Shown: positions 25,331-38,674, numbered from the whole stretch's first letter. The stretch is DNA of 63,952 nucleotides, filler included, from Neolecta irregularis DAH-3 (GCA_001929475.1; 14 parts of 14 records of this genome joined end to end with filler, not necessarily neighbours in it), one strand, 5' to 3'. The notes: a model not told the origin generated them from the letters alone. A program made the numbers and translations.

Positions 25331-26583
25331 TCCGGTTAGACCCTACATGTATACAGACTCGGCACATGCGATTGCTACCGTTGTCTGCCTGTTCACCTCC
25401 CTATTGAGTTGCCGGGTCTGTAATAGGCTGGAATGGGCTTCCCTGTGCTCCTCCCGACAGTTGGGTGGTGGTAGTGGCGACCTGGTGGGACTTGCTGGGG
25501 TGCGGTAGACAGGGTTGCGCCCAGTCGCACTCAAAAAATAACACATTGCAACTGAGACCATACAGGAGCACCCCGAGGCAGACTGCCATCAGCATATAGA
25601 TTGCCATTGTTGAATGCTGGTGCTTAGACTTCAATTTTGTTTGGCACATTAATCCATTTCATGCCACAGAGTCATCATCATGGCATCGTAGAACCAGGAT
25701 GAGATATAGACGACATTCTAGGCTAGTATCCTGGTCCTAGGCGGGAGAAAAAACCATGAAACATTTTCTAAGTATTGCTCATCAATTACTCAGCACCCCA
25801 ACTAGGGATACTACGTCTTGGATGATCATGAACTCCATTGGCTAGTCATGTCTTGTAGTGTGAGAGAAGTCGTTGATGGAAACTATTCTACTATCGTAAG
25901 ATACCACACGAGCCAGACTCTAGTAGAATGTGCTCTAGAAAATGTTCAAAAGATAAGAGCGCCCACCTTCCTTCACCTGTTGAATTGCTTCAGTTTCGAC
26001 ATGCAATTTCATTCTGCCTTTGCCCTTTCCTTTGGTGTATTGTTCGCTTTATCATTGAGTATGTTCTCTATCAATTCATTTCTAACTATTTGTCTCGGTT
26101 GTGTTTGCGATGTCACAGGATCAACTTGAGAATGGGGGACGTAATGCCCACCCATGGTGTGTAATAAATCCTTGCATACCCTGCGCCAAGGGGACCACTA
26201 ATTGCTACAATGTGTATTGTGTCCCGTCATTAACATGAAAGATAACTTCCGGTAGTATTTCCGGGAGCTAGATTGAAGGGTTTTCAACTTGTATGCTCTG
26301 TGACACAAGAGAAATACCAATACTTTGAATTTAGAGAGGGCCTTCAATATAGTTATCCACAATTGCCCCAATGATTTTACTATGATTAGATTCCAGTGAA
26401 GAATGTACATGTAACGGAGACTCCCTCCTGGAGCAGGTCTGGATAGTGTGAAGGAGAGGTATAATCATATCCCGGTGGAAGAACGCTGCACAGCCCAAGC
26501 ACTAAGCACAGGTATATAATTAGCACCATGTGGACGGTAGCCGTCACTATGTTAGTGACGACTCACGGCCACATAGGTATGGA

Positions 26584-27587
26584 CAGACTTGCTTGCTTAC
26601 TTGTTTATAAGCAAGTAAGCAAACAAGTCTGGAAGACAAAAATTGGCAAGTAAACAAGTACAACAATATAGACTTGCTTGATTGGACTTGATAGACTTGA
26701 CAGTTTAAGACTGTTGGTGAGACATTGAATATTTCTTAATACCTCTACCAAAAATTGTCTGCATTGTCCCAGGAGATATTATCATATTGAAATGTCAATT
26801 CCAATCGTCAATATGGATTCCAGAGATCTTACCACATCGAATATTTCAATTTTTCAAGACCAGACACCTTCAATATCACTCAGTGAGATTTATATTGATA
26901 TATCAACCCTGGTCATGAACTTAATGATGATGATGACAACTATGATGGCACAGGCGATAACGGGTGAGGAGGGCGAGGCAGGGTTAGGAGGGCGGGCAGT
27001 AACAGGTGAGAGGGCAGGGACGGTAACGGACCAGGACGGGGAGTAGTAACGGACGAGGTGGGCGGGGCGATAGCAGGCAAGGAGGGCAAGTGATAACAGG
27101 CGATAACAGGCCAGAGGGCGGGGCGGTAACGAGCGAGGAAGGGAGCAGTAACGGGCGAGGAGGGCGGNNNNNNNNNNGACAAGCTAGACTGTATAAGCAG
27201 AGATCATCATAGTGCATGTTCAGTTGGAGAATCATGTCCGTAGTAATACAGCAATTTAATCTTTGCTGGGATCTGACTNNNNNNNNNNTGATAACAGGCC
27301 AGAGGGCGGGGCGGTAACGAGCGAGGAAGGGAGCAGTAACGGGCGAGGAGGGCGGCGATAATGGGCAGGGGAGTGAGAGGAAGCGAGTAGGGGAGTAAGA
27401 GGAAGCAAGCAGAGCCTGTTCCATGTCACTTTGATAAAAGCGATAAATCCATACAATGTAATATCACGTGATACATACCATTAGGGCCATGGACCATTGA
27501 CCGGGCTTTTTCCATAGTCCAGTCCATGGACTTTATCCATTGCCTTTTAATGGACTGGATCAAGTCCATGGTCCATCCACAACACTA
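26584..27587. mobile_element. Composite non-autonomous DNA-transposon relic (family A end, GGCGGTAAC low-complexity repeat, CAACACTA end)
   Basis: 48-bp near-palindrome 26584-26631; shared block TTCTTAATACCTCT...ATATGGATTCCAG; TCACGTGA and CAACACTA at 27580-27587; contains two 10-N gaps. Confidence 0.55.
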
Positions 27588-27769
27588 TGGAAGGATTAAT
27601 ATGCCGGTCGCTTGCCAGAAAAATCTGAACAGTCCGCCCGCCGGAGCCTCTCTGGCGGGTGGGGCCTCTTAGGCCGGATTTTTATGCATCCCGCCTTCAC
27701 CAAGAGATCAAACCACCCACCTGAAGAATGCTCTGGCAGGCTGTTAGGTTGTATGGCGGTTTGGTAATT

Positions 27770-27970
27770 TCATCCATGTGATGCTTCCTCAAAGGTCCAC
27801 TTTTGACTTTCTTGTATTGAATTTGTTGGCAGACCATTAGTTTTGCCTTTAAACTCTGATCCCCATAGTGTTTGTTTCGTTTGAATACGTTGGTTGGTTG
27901 TTCAACTGTGAATTGATTGCCATTTGCTCAAAGTTACACCGTAGGATTTGTGACGGATCACGTGATAAAG
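27770..27970 (-). repeat. Dispersed degenerate repeat homologous to 32785-32970 (inverted)
   Basis: Reverse complement aligns (GCAAATGG...CAACCAACCAAC...TTCAAA...TTTAAAGG...AAACTAATGGTCT...AAGAAAGTCAAA); both preceded by TCACGTGA. Confidence 0.7.
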
Positions 27971-28107
27971 TGATCAGGATGATAGGACATGAACTTTGTA
28001 TGTGCAGTATACTTCACTAATGAAAGTAATGGCCAGATAGAAATCATTTTATGTTAGCAATTTTGGTTGTTTAGTGAATAATGTATTGCACCTATCCTAA
28101 TTGTCAA

Positions 28108-28510
28108 AAAGAACGGTTTGACCTGCCCGCCCGCCTGCCGGAAACGGTTTGACCGGCCAACCCGCCCGCCTGCCGGAGATTGATTGACCTGCCCGCCTGC
28201 CGGAGATTAATTGACCTGCCTGCTATTTGCTGGGGTAAGATTGCTGGATTCCATATTGCTAATTGGAATTGACATGTAATAATATCTCTTGGGATAACGG
28301 AGATAATATTTGGTAGATATATTGAGAAGATATTCATCATTACAAGTCTTAAACAGTCAAGTCTATCAAGTCCAAACAAGCAAGTCTAAATTTTGGACTT
28401 GCTTATTTTTGTTTTCCAGACTTGCTTGCTTACTTGCTTATAAACAAGTAAGCAATAAACAAGTAAGCAAGCAAGTCTGACTTGAACGACTTACTTGTTA
28501 GCAAGTCTGA
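28108..28510 (-). mobile_element. Family A repeat copy, inverted, with short GACCTGCCCGCC tandem units
   Basis: Reverse complement of the 26584-26830 block; terminal CTTACTTGTTAGCAAGTCTG shared with 25310-25330. Confidence 0.65.
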
Positions 28511-29006
28511 GTACGAATACTTAGGCTAGGTATTACACTTGGTATTATCGTACTTCTAAGCGCATAGCTTACAGCCCCTCCGCCAAAGTCTGTGTGTCTG
28601 TCGTCCCATCTGCTCCCTCCGTCCATCTTCTCTCTCCCGGCGCTGGCTGTGCCAGGTGTCCTGCGTACAACAACAAACAGGGCACTTTTCGAGCAAAGAG
28701 TTTTGTTCAACAAGCTAGACTGTATAAGCAGAGATCATCATAATGCATGTTCAGTTGGAGAATCATGTCCGTAGTAATACAGCAATTTAATCTTTGCTGG
28801 GATCTGACTTGGACCAGAAGCTGAAGCTGGCCATTTGGCACGATGCTTGCGATGACACAATGGGCACGGTGTGCGAGAGTCGGGGGCAAAAGTGCACTGG
28901 GGCGGGNNNNNNNNNNNNNNNNNNNNNNNNNNNNNNNNNNNNNNNNNNNNTTAATTAATTAANNNNNNNNNNNNNNNNNNNNNNNNNNNNNNNNNNNNNN
29001 NNNNNN

Positions 29007-30142
29007 AAGCGGTTCAAGCGCAATGTCTGGCTTTAAATAAAGTCTTTGTCGAAGTCGGTCGTCTTGCACCCGGAAAACTTCAACAAGTCCCCGTCGTCGT
29101 TCAGGGAGAAGAAGATGCTGGTACCTCTGCATTTACTATCGACCTCGCAGAAAAGTTTGTTGCCGAACATTTCGATCGAATGAAGCGCAGCTTGTTGTCA
29201 CAGAACCGCCTAAATAGCAGCAAAGCATTAAAAGATGCCAGATCTGCTCTCATTGAACAACTCGACCTGGCGAAATGTACCCGAGAAATTGAACAAGTAC
29301 GCGTAATGTCTGCTGCTGCTTCCGCTTTTGTCGCCATGGGTCAACTTCCAAAGAAACTAAATCCTGTCATCCGTAGTATCATGGACAGCATCAAGACTGA
29401 AGACATCGAATACCTCCAACATCGGTCTGCCAATGCTGTGGCGGATTTGATCGAAACATGTTCTACATCTGGCAAAATCGTCGCTGTCGACAAGTTAATA
29501 AAAAACCTTTGTCGCTTTCTCTGCGTCGATACCTCCGAGTCTCCTGAATTCTTTCGAAACGAATCCCTCAAAGACATTATACTCTCTCTAAAACGCGACG
29601 AAGAGCGAGGACCAAAAGATACCCTGAACCGCGAAGCCGAAGTCAAAGCAGCCCGCATCAAACGACGAGGCGCACAATTTGCTTTAGCAGAGCTATGCAC
29701 GAGATTCGGAGGCGATTTGTTAAGCAAAGTTCCTAAATTGCACGAATGTATGATACAGCCGTTGACTGCAAATTTCGCATTACCAGACCATGTCCAACAT
29801 TTTGAACCAGAAGTAGGTCAGGATATCGTCGATTCACTTTCTATTCTCCGGTCCCTGATTCCTCAAATTCATCATGATCTGCATCCACAAATCATCGAGG
29901 TGTTTCCTCATATTATTAAAGCACTCGAGTCGACGTTTTCAGTTATCCGTCATGCTGCTGCGCGCGGGTTCGCAGCGATTTGTAAATATATTCCCATCAA
30001 AGGACTTCAAATCGTCATTGAAACGATTCTTCCCATGCTCAACGATGCCGACAACGTTAAAAGGCGGCAAGGGGCAATTGAATTTATCTTTTGTAAGCAC
30101 TCTTTTGCAGCTTTGAAACTGAATCTAGATCTCGTGCAAGTA
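29007..30142 (+). CDS. MOT1: TBP-associated SNF2 ATPase Mot1/BTAF1, internal HEAT/DUF3535 fragment (truncated both ends)
   Basis: LPKKLNPVIRSIMDSIKTE, KLIKNLCRFLCVDTSESPEF, RRGAQFALAELC, RRQGAIEFI. Confidence 0.93.
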
Positions 30143-30320
30143 NNNNNNNNNNNNNNNNNNNNNNNNNNNNNNNNNNNNNNNNNNNNTTAATTAATTAANN
30201 NNNNNNNNNNNNNNNNNNNNNNNNNNNNNNNNNNNNNNNNNNTCGATATCACCGAATATTGCAATAAGTGGGTCAATATTGTGGCTGGCGAACGCACCCT
30301 TATTTATACGCCGGGGTTTT

Positions 30321-30698
30321 CTATGACGCAATGGTTATTTTCGTTGCTGGCGAACCGCATCCTTTACCCGAAACCTGCACGACATTATTACACACAGCAA
30401 AGTCGGAGCCTGAGTCGGAATTGAGATATGTGAAGATTTTTGAAAACGAAGTCGCCTTTTGGGTCCCACAACCCTTAGTTCCAAAGCCGATGAGACCACT
30501 CGATTTGATGCAGGCCGCATCATTTTTATAATGCAAATGGCTATTGTAGAAATTGAAGTCGAATACCTCATGGTTGTCTGTGTCATCAGATTTGAGCATG
30601 TTATTGTCGATGTAGGTCGCGTAGCCGTCAATTGTAAGGATGAAGGACACACCCTGGGAGATTGCAGCAAAAGCGACGAGAGAGGTGGCAAATTTCAT
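30321..30698 (-). CDS. Small secreted Cys-containing protein (125 aa)
   Basis: Signal peptide MKFATSLVAFAAISQGVS, 4 Cys, intronless ORF, C-terminal FAVC...C. Confidence 0.75.
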   Translation of the reverse strand: MKFATSLVAFAAISQGVSFILTIDGYATYIDNNMLKSDDTDNHEVFDFNFYNSHLHYKNDAACIKSSGLIGFGTKGCGTQKATSFSKIFTYLNSDSGSDFAVCNNVVQVSGKGCGSPATKITIAS

Positions 30699-31398
30699 TA
30701 GGAGAAATTATTCTGGAGGCACTGGGGAAGTTTATCGATGGTGTCCCTTGATACAGGCGAGTTGTAACTTTGGAGATTCGCGATTATCTTTCTTGTACGC
30801 TTTGTGGGAAAAGATGCGAAAATAAGGCTTGAATTGAGGGTAGGGACCCGAAATAAAATGAGCAAGTGAACTTTGAAAGGAGGAAAATTCACAGATTGTG
30901 TTCTCGCTATCGAAAAAGAGTACCTCCAGGTCCATATTTATAAGAAAGGAAGTCCTTAGCGCCCTTCCCCTATAGAGTAAGCTGTTTAAAGAAAGTCAAA
31001 TATAAGGCAACGTTATCTAAAAAGTAACGGGAAACAAACCACTGGTTATTTAGTGCTTATCAAATCCTGAAGATGGGTATGTCTGAGATTAGGCAATTCC
31101 ATGGATTTCTCTAGTAAACAGGATGTATTGATGGTTGTTATTAACAGTTTGGATAGGGAGGGTAGATTATCGTAGCTGATTACGTAGAGGATTCCAACAT
31201 AGCTTTGGGGGTAAAACCAAACAAAGGGTGAAATTTGTGATTGTAGAAGTTTAAGATAAATAGAAGCTTAAGTAATCAGCGGTTTCCAGAGTCGCTTTTT
31301 GAAAGAAATGATAGAAGATAAGGTTGCTGTTGGAAATTGATTTGGTGGAGGTGAGTAATGTAAAGTGAAGCAGATTCAGTGAACTTTGAACCACCGCC

Positions 31399-31911
31399 AT
31401 GCCCAAAGTCCGTACACTGCGCACCAAGAAACCACCACCAGGTTCCTTCCACCATCGCTCTCATTAACAACAGGATATGCTGAAATCGAAGCAACGTTAC
31501 TTGAATTTTCACGTAAAATGAAAGACGCAGAGAATACACCACACGAAGGTCTTTCTAAACGGCAATCACTGTGGCCTATATTCCAAATCTCACATCAACG
31601 AAGTCGATATATATACGAACTATTCTATAAACGGGAATCAATTTCCGAGGATTTGTATCAGTGGTTATTAAAACAAGGCTATGCAGACGGCAAACTTATT
31701 GCCAAATGGAAAAAGGTACGATTAATTATCTTGGGGACAGGGCTTATTTGAGAATGGGTATGAAAAGTTGTGTTGTTTGCAGTGTATTCAGAGTAAAGAG
31801 ACGAATTTTAATGGAACTTGTATATGCAGAGTTCCTCGAGCTAAAGTCGACACGGACAAAAATGTGGAGTGTATTACGTGTGGCTGTCGCGGATGTTGTA
31901 GTGGTGATTAG
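31399..31911 (+). CDS. BUD31: Splicing factor Bud31/Cwc14 (G10 protein), 2 introns
   Basis: MPKVRT..., LWPIFQISHQRSRYIYELFYKR, LIAKWKK|NGYEKLCCLQCIQ, CITCGCRGCCSGD*. Confidence 0.96.
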
Positions 31912-32160
31912 CCAAGGTGGTTTCAAATGTGCAAGAGTGAAAGTACAAGTGACTGGGTATTATAGTCTCTGACGGATCAATATGGAAGAGATCTGTATTA
32001 CGAGAGTATTCTATACAGATATGTAATATGGCAAGAGAAATGCTCTGCGAAACAAAGAGACAAATTAAGAAAGACAAACCAGGACGAGAAAGACATACTC
32101 CATTATCCGAGCACAATCCAAACCAAGACCAAAGAGACCCAAGAGAGACAGAGAGAGAGA

Positions 32161-32494
32161 TTAAAAGGTGGAAGAGTAGCTTCTGGCGAGGCCGTGTTTC
32201 TCTTGGAGCGCACGGCGCATGACATCGCAGACATCCACGCCGAAGACGTCTACGACGTTTGCCTCGTCTGCAAATTCGCAGAGACCGGAGATGAGGGAGC
32301 GTCTGACTGCGCGGCGTTTGTCTTCGCGCTTGTCCGGGCTGCCGAAGCAGAGGCGGGAGATGATGTCGTCAGCCTCTTCTGCGGCCTGGGCGGACTGCGC
32401 CCATGGATTGTCCTCTGTGAGCGGGATGCGCTTGACGGGGGACGCGAGCCACTGGGAGACATGCAGGCGGTGTTCGCGCAGAGTAGTGGCGGGG
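32161..32494 (-). CDS. 3' end of an unidentified gene (truncated by linker)
   Basis: GC-rich open frame PATTLREHRLHVSQWLASPVKRIPL...ARSYSSTF* running from the contig edge. Confidence 0.5.
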
Positions 32495-33261
32495 NNNNNN
32501 NNNNNNNNNNNNNNNNNNNNNNNNNNNNNNNNNNNNNNTTAATTAATTAANNNNNNNNNNNNNNNNNNNNNNNNNNNNNNNNNNNNNNNNNNNNATCTCA
32601 ATATCACCAAAAATTGCAATAAGTGGGTCAATCTTGTGGCTGGCAAACGCACCCTGATTTCAATAGCTTATTAGGTTAAGATTCTCACTTTCTAAGATAT
32701 CATAGTTTGCTAGAATTTGCAAGGCTATTTAATGTAAGTAGGTTGCACACACTCACAATTTATAAAGACGATCGGTCTAGTATGTCACGTGACCCATGCC
32801 GAATCTTGCAAGCAGAACATCAAGCAAATGGAAATCATTCTATAGTTATACAACCAACCAACAGATTCAAATGAAACAACAACTATCAGGATCAGAATTT
32901 AAAGGTGAAACTAATGGTCTACCAAAAATTTGACTTAAGAAAGTCAAAGGGTCACCTTTAGGGAAGCACAGAACTGCCATCCCAATGTGGCTAGAATGCA
33001 GTAGCAGTTAATAAGCTACAAAGGTTATACCATAAGTTGTCCTTCATGAGGGATAGCACAGTGGTATAGCAGTGTCTTTTGTGGTCTGCAGTAGTCTGAC
33101 AGCCTGGGGTCAATTCCCAAGAATCGCAATACGCCCGACTCGCCCGACTCGCCTGCCCGTCTCTCCCGACTCGCCCGCCCGCCTCTCATAGTTTATAGTA
33201 ACAATTCAAGCTGCTATTTCTCAAGTCTGTGCATGAAATGGAGGATGTCCTNNNNNNNNNN

Positions 33262-34541
33262 ATGGTTTATGATTTTCTGAATGCGGAAATATATTGTCCC
33301 ACTCAAGGGTTTAATGATGAAGATAAAAGCAAGTTACTAAAGGTTACCGAATGGAATTCAGAAGATTCATTGGGCGGCTTTGTGCCAAGCACCGGGAAGA
33401 TTATTTGTGAACTATTTCCTGGAGACGATGGTGAAGAGAATGCCCACATCTTGGAATTATGCCACGATGCTGGAAGGCGAATAGCAGATGTTGTCTCGAT
33501 TCGAGAAAATATCAAATTGCTGGTCGGTCGTGTTCCAGGATATGAAAAAGGTGAAGAATATGGAACAATAGCAAGTGCTCGCTCTGGTACTTACATTCCT
33601 GTTTTGGATCTAGGCAATGAAATAAGGTTACAGTGCATTGCAAAATCACAAATTTCTTACGATTCAGGTACTATCCTCAGCCACTTGTGAAGAATATGTT
33701 TTTCCCAGAGGATTACGAATCGTTGCAAGCACCATTTATGGAATATGATGGTTTGATAACTCTCCATCCCGCTGGAAAATGGGACGACGTATGTTCAACT
33801 TGTCAAAGTATGCTAAGATTAATGCAGAACGGTTGTTCTGAAGATCACATTGAAACCCTGATGCACGAAATGATACACATACTTGGCTTCGCCTTTAGAT
33901 GGAAAGAGCACAGGCCACGGTATGCGAAAGAGTACAAGTTAAAGCCTCAAGTTTCCCACTATGTGAACGACGTGAATACTGGCGAAACAATAAGCAGTCA
34001 ACATTATGACTCTGCTTACTGCAAATTCATCAAGTTCAAGTTTGAAGATAATTGGATAACAACAGGTGAGGTAAGAAGGATTCTAAGCAATCGATGGGGA
34101 AATGAAGCCAAACATTGGAAAAACTATAAGGGAGAAGGCGAACATTCTTCCGAAAATTCTTTTCCCAACAAGTTATCAACTGCTTTCCTATCTGCAACGA
34201 ATTCAGAGTGGCCAGGAGAAGTGGTTTTCAACGCAAATTTGCCTAATGGCCGAGAGATCGATCTAAGTCAAGATGTCTCACACGTCGCAGACTTCGAGGC
34301 TGACTATTTGATGAGTCCTTCCTTTGTCGGCAAATTACAACGGGGGTTTGACACTATCGGCTTGATAGGGCCAAAAACCAGAGCGATACTAGGTGCAATG
34401 GGATACGGAATCGCAGGACTGAAAGGTGTTGGCGCAATTGCTGTTTACGATGACATGAAAAGCATACCACCTCGACCTATTACTACCCCGACTAATGAAT
34501 CACAAGATGATGACGACGAAGAAGTATCCGCTCGCCTGTAA
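33262..34541 (+). CDS. Zinc metalloprotease (HExxH, Met-turn-like); start uncertain, intron 33627-33667
   Basis: Splicing gives GNEIR|YYPQPLVK; LMHEMIHILGF; distal SHV...YLM; IGPKTRAILGAMGY. Confidence 0.75.
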
Positions 34542-35840
34542 CCGGGGTCCAAAATCGATTTGGTTGATAATCACTTCACGTTTGATCGCTTTTTGGGAGA
34601 TGATCGTTTATTGCTCGAGGAAATTACACATGGCATTCGTGGGCTGGCACAGCCATCGCAACCGGCACTTGAATATGGAGGTGGACTGACAGATGATGGT
34701 AGCTAGCACATGTGCTGATTCTGTATATAAGTAGCGTCTAGCCTGATTAGCAGACTAGACTTTAACTTGATATTCATTATATGTCGTACTCTAATTTGGA
34801 GTACCTATGCCAGAGTACCCAACCAAATTTCCCTCTGCTAAGCTATATGAAAAAATACAATGTAAAGGCAAGACTATATAAAGAGTCTCGATTTCAATAC
34901 TGTGAAATCAGTGTTGATTAGTTACATTTGTATTGATAAAAAGGATTTTGAAATATGGTACCGAACTGATTGACTTGAGGCCAGGGATAGGTATCTCAAA
35001 TCATGAAACAGTTCAGGTTTTTCGTTCTGAGAATGGTCTATTCTATCTAATTTCAGTGGGAATCTCTTGAATGAGATTCTGAGGAAATGCGATTTAGATT
35101 TTGTGCAGAGTGTGAATGAAAATTGAAGGGTTCGTAAGGTGGTCATGGAAATTGAATGAATTTTGGAAATTTTGGAGGCCAGATGAAAAGGTCGATTGTA
35201 CGGACGGTTCAGATTTCTTCGACGGTCGGACGGGCGGTTGGACATACTGTGCTTGAAGCGGCCTCGACACTTGGCTTATACCTTGATGCGACAAGTTATA
35301 TTTGGAACAACTATATAAAACCCTGCATTAAGAAAGTGAAATACATGGCAACTTGGGCATGGAAGTTTTTATTCATTGAGTTGGTGGGCAGATTTTGGTA
35401 ACCACAGTCGACGGTTTGTCGATTAGGCTGGCAGAGGAGGACGTGTCAACAAGTGTCATTCGACGTTCCTCGCTGTCAACTTTGTGTTGATCGACTTGCT
35501 ACGATCCCCTATGCTCCAGAGAGGAATATGGTTACTGTCCCAAGAAATGATAATGGGACAAATGACGATGAAGAGATTGCAGTACTCGCATTGATCATCG
35601 TAACAGAGACAGCCATTGACGCTCGATCTTCTATCATAGAATTCGTCGCGGGTCACCTGACACTGTGTGCTGACCACTGTGAACGTTGTGAGTATGCACT
35701 GCATACTTACAAGTACTGATGAGTCAGCCCTTAATAAGATACATGGCATCTTACAATCTGGGATTATTTCTCGCGTTTTTTCGATGAATATTGCAAAGTA
35801 AAGTTGTAAGTTGCGTGGCGCCGAACACGGCAACAAATTG

Positions 35841-36190
35841 AAATATCTCAATATCACCAAAAATTGCAATAAGTGGGTCAATCTTGTGGCTGGCAAACGC
35901 ACCCTGATTTGGAATATCTTGATATCGCCGAATATTGCAATAAGTGGGTCAATCTTGTGGCTGGCGAACGCACCCTCAGTTATTTGCTCTTTCCGTAGTA
36001 ATTTCGAACCACATGCCCACATTCAGACACATCGGGGTGGAAGAAGAGTCAGCCATTTGCTCTTACGCATTTGCGAGCTGCATTCAGAAGCAAAAATGAC
36101 TGTCATTTGCTCTTTCCGTAATAATTTCGAACCACATGCCCACATTCAGACACATCCGGGTGGAGAAGAGTCAGCCATTTGCTCTTCCGT
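35841..36190. repeat. Tandem ~66-nt units followed by tandem ~118-nt units
   Basis: TTGCAATAAGTGGGTCAATCTTGTGGCTGGC..ACGCACCCT twice (also at contig starts 30243 and 32595); ATTTGCTCTTTCCGTA...CACATTCAGACACATC twice. Confidence 0.85.
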
Positions 36191-36396
36191 ATTTGCCAAA
36201 TTTTCTAAAAAACTATTTAACCGTGAGGTGCCCGTTCTGACTCTGAATCGTTCCCAACTTATCACAAATCATGTTATCGATTTTGCTTTTCATCGCNNNN
36301 NNNNNNNNNNNNNNNNNNNNNNNNNNNNNNNNNNNNNNNNTTAATTAATTAANNNNNNNNNNNNNNNNNNNNNNNNNNNNNNNNNNNNNNNNNNNN

Positions 36397-37290
36397 ATTT
36401 CTGCTGTGAATTGCGCTGTTGCATATAGCGCAAATAGCTCTGTTTGACTAATGAAATGGGACAAAACTAATAACCGCACAGTCGAAGAAGCCATAACTAG
36501 GATTGTTGTGAGTTAGTTGGGACGAGGTATGACGAAAGGTCGTAGTTATTTTTGGTGCTAGCAGTAGACTGACTAATAAGTAAGTCTGGCGGACAAAAAT
36601 TGGCAAGTAAACAAGTACAAAAACGTAGACTTGCTTGAATGGACTTGATAGACTTGATAGACTTGATAGACTTGATAGACTTGATAGACTTGATAGTTTA
36701 AGACTTTTAATGAGGCATTGAATTCTTTCTTAATACCTCTAATATTGCTTGCATTGTCCCAGGATATGTTATCATATTGAAATATCAATTCCAATCGTCA
36801 ATATGGATTCCAGCATACCTCAGGAGCTTACCACAGCCAACATTTCTAGGCTAGCACTACGAAATTCCCAAGTTAGCCTGTTGTACTCTTAGGCAATGTG
36901 CTTCCTCTTTTGGTGCTGTCAGCACGCGATCTTGGGTTTGGTGGTGGGCGAGACTGTGGTTGGGTACTCGGACGTAGGTACTTGAAGTACAACTNNNNNN
37001 NNNNGACATTGAATTCTTTCTTAATACCTCTTCCAAATATTGTCTGTATTGTCCCAGGATATATCATCATATTGAAATATCAATTCCAATCATCAATATG
37101 GATTCCAGCATACCTCAGGATCTTACCACAGCCAACATTTCTAGGCTAGCACTACGAAATTCCCAAATTATCCTGTTGTACTATTGGGCAATGTGCTACC
37201 TCGTTTGGCGCTGTCAGTACGTAATCTTGGGTTTGGTGGTGGGCGAGACTGTGGTTGGGTACTCGGACGTAGGTACTTGAAGTACAACTG
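36397..37290. mobile_element. Family A repeat copy with (GACTTGATA)n array and internal duplication across a 10-N gap
   Basis: 36397-36712 nearly identical to 45017-45293; about 6 GACTTGATA units; 36715-36994 is repeated as 37005-37290. Confidence 0.7.
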
Positions 37291-38674
37291 CCAACGTATG
37301 TTGAATGTCAGGCTGGAGTGTAGTCTGCTAGTCAGGCTAGACGCTTCTTGTATACAGAATCAGCACATATACTCACTACTGTCATTTGCAACTAAAACTA
37401 AGTGTGGGAACTCGGAAAAAGGAAGATATTTCGGCCTGTGATGGCCCAGAACGACTGGGCCGCGATGCCTGGTGCTTCCTATGACAGGCCTGTTACACAC
37501 AGGATGTAGATCGCGTATAATAATAGAAAAACCCATCAGATAACCGCAAAATACTACGTGGACCATTTTCCGGTGACAGGCCCTTCTGCTACCCCCAGCG
37601 GTTGGGGGCTGGCGTGAAGGCAGGTTTCCCGATCGGCCCGAATAGAATCCGAGACGAACGAATGTTGGGTGCAGGTGGGTCTCCTGCGTGTTCACCAAAG
37701 TGGGTGGCTGTTCGATCCTCCATCTTCTGTGTTCGGTCTCTTGTGGGAGATATTTGGAAAGCAATGGAATGATCTGTCGAACTGCGCAAATGCAAACGGG
37801 CTCCCGCTTGAACACAGTCCGTAGCTGACAATCTGGTCGGCAGCATTATGGATAGGATAAGCCCTTTCAACATTTCTCTCCTACTCTCGCCGCAGAACGC
37901 CCCGGTGACTTGCTGGGAATTTCCGGGCCCCTAATTCTGGAGAAATGTCTGATATCGATAGTTCTGTTGAAAAAGAGTTTCTGATAAACTCTCCCTTCTC
38001 GAAGCACACAAGTCCAAGAACATCGGCCAAGGATGAGCAAGACACTAATGTTGGGGTATACTGAGGAATCTTCGCAAATCATGTCGCCCAGAGGCGAATC
38101 GTGGCCAAGGAACAAGTATTTTGAAATTGTAGAAAGTCGAGTTGTGATCTTTAGGCCTGTGCAGTCAAATACCCAGAGAGTAGCTGATATAAGTGTAGCA
38201 TAAGGTGGCGCCGATGTTTGAAGAGGACTGCGGCAATCGGACCGTCAAGTAACCGTACAGGGATATGTATCTACTTGGAAGTAATTTTTCCCTCGCTGGG
38301 CAGTGGGTCGGGGGAGAAGACCTGCTCAAGTTAAATAAAATCGAAAATAATGAATTTCGCTCGAAGTTCAACCGAGAAAAATAGAAATCGGTAGCAAACA
38401 ACGACCCAAACCTCATGCAGATCCAACCAAGTCGAACGGATCAAAATCGAAGGGTTATCTCAAGAAAAAGATACTTGAGTTAATCCAACCAAGGGTCATG
38501 AATACAAACCTCGATTTCGATCGGACAACCAACGAGACTATGCATCTTACCCAGACAAACCCAAGGAAAGATAAACTAAAATGCCTTTATTCTAATAGAT
38601 ACAGTTTTGCTTTTTTATTAAAAGCATACACTTCTTACTCGACTTTCAATGTTATCACGGAAAGGACAAAAATA

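Noticed and set aside
37360-38416. Short minus-strand ORFs (also 39359-39679, 42590-42908, 43269-44342)
   Set aside because: No recognisable domains, interrupted frames, and no convincing splice model.
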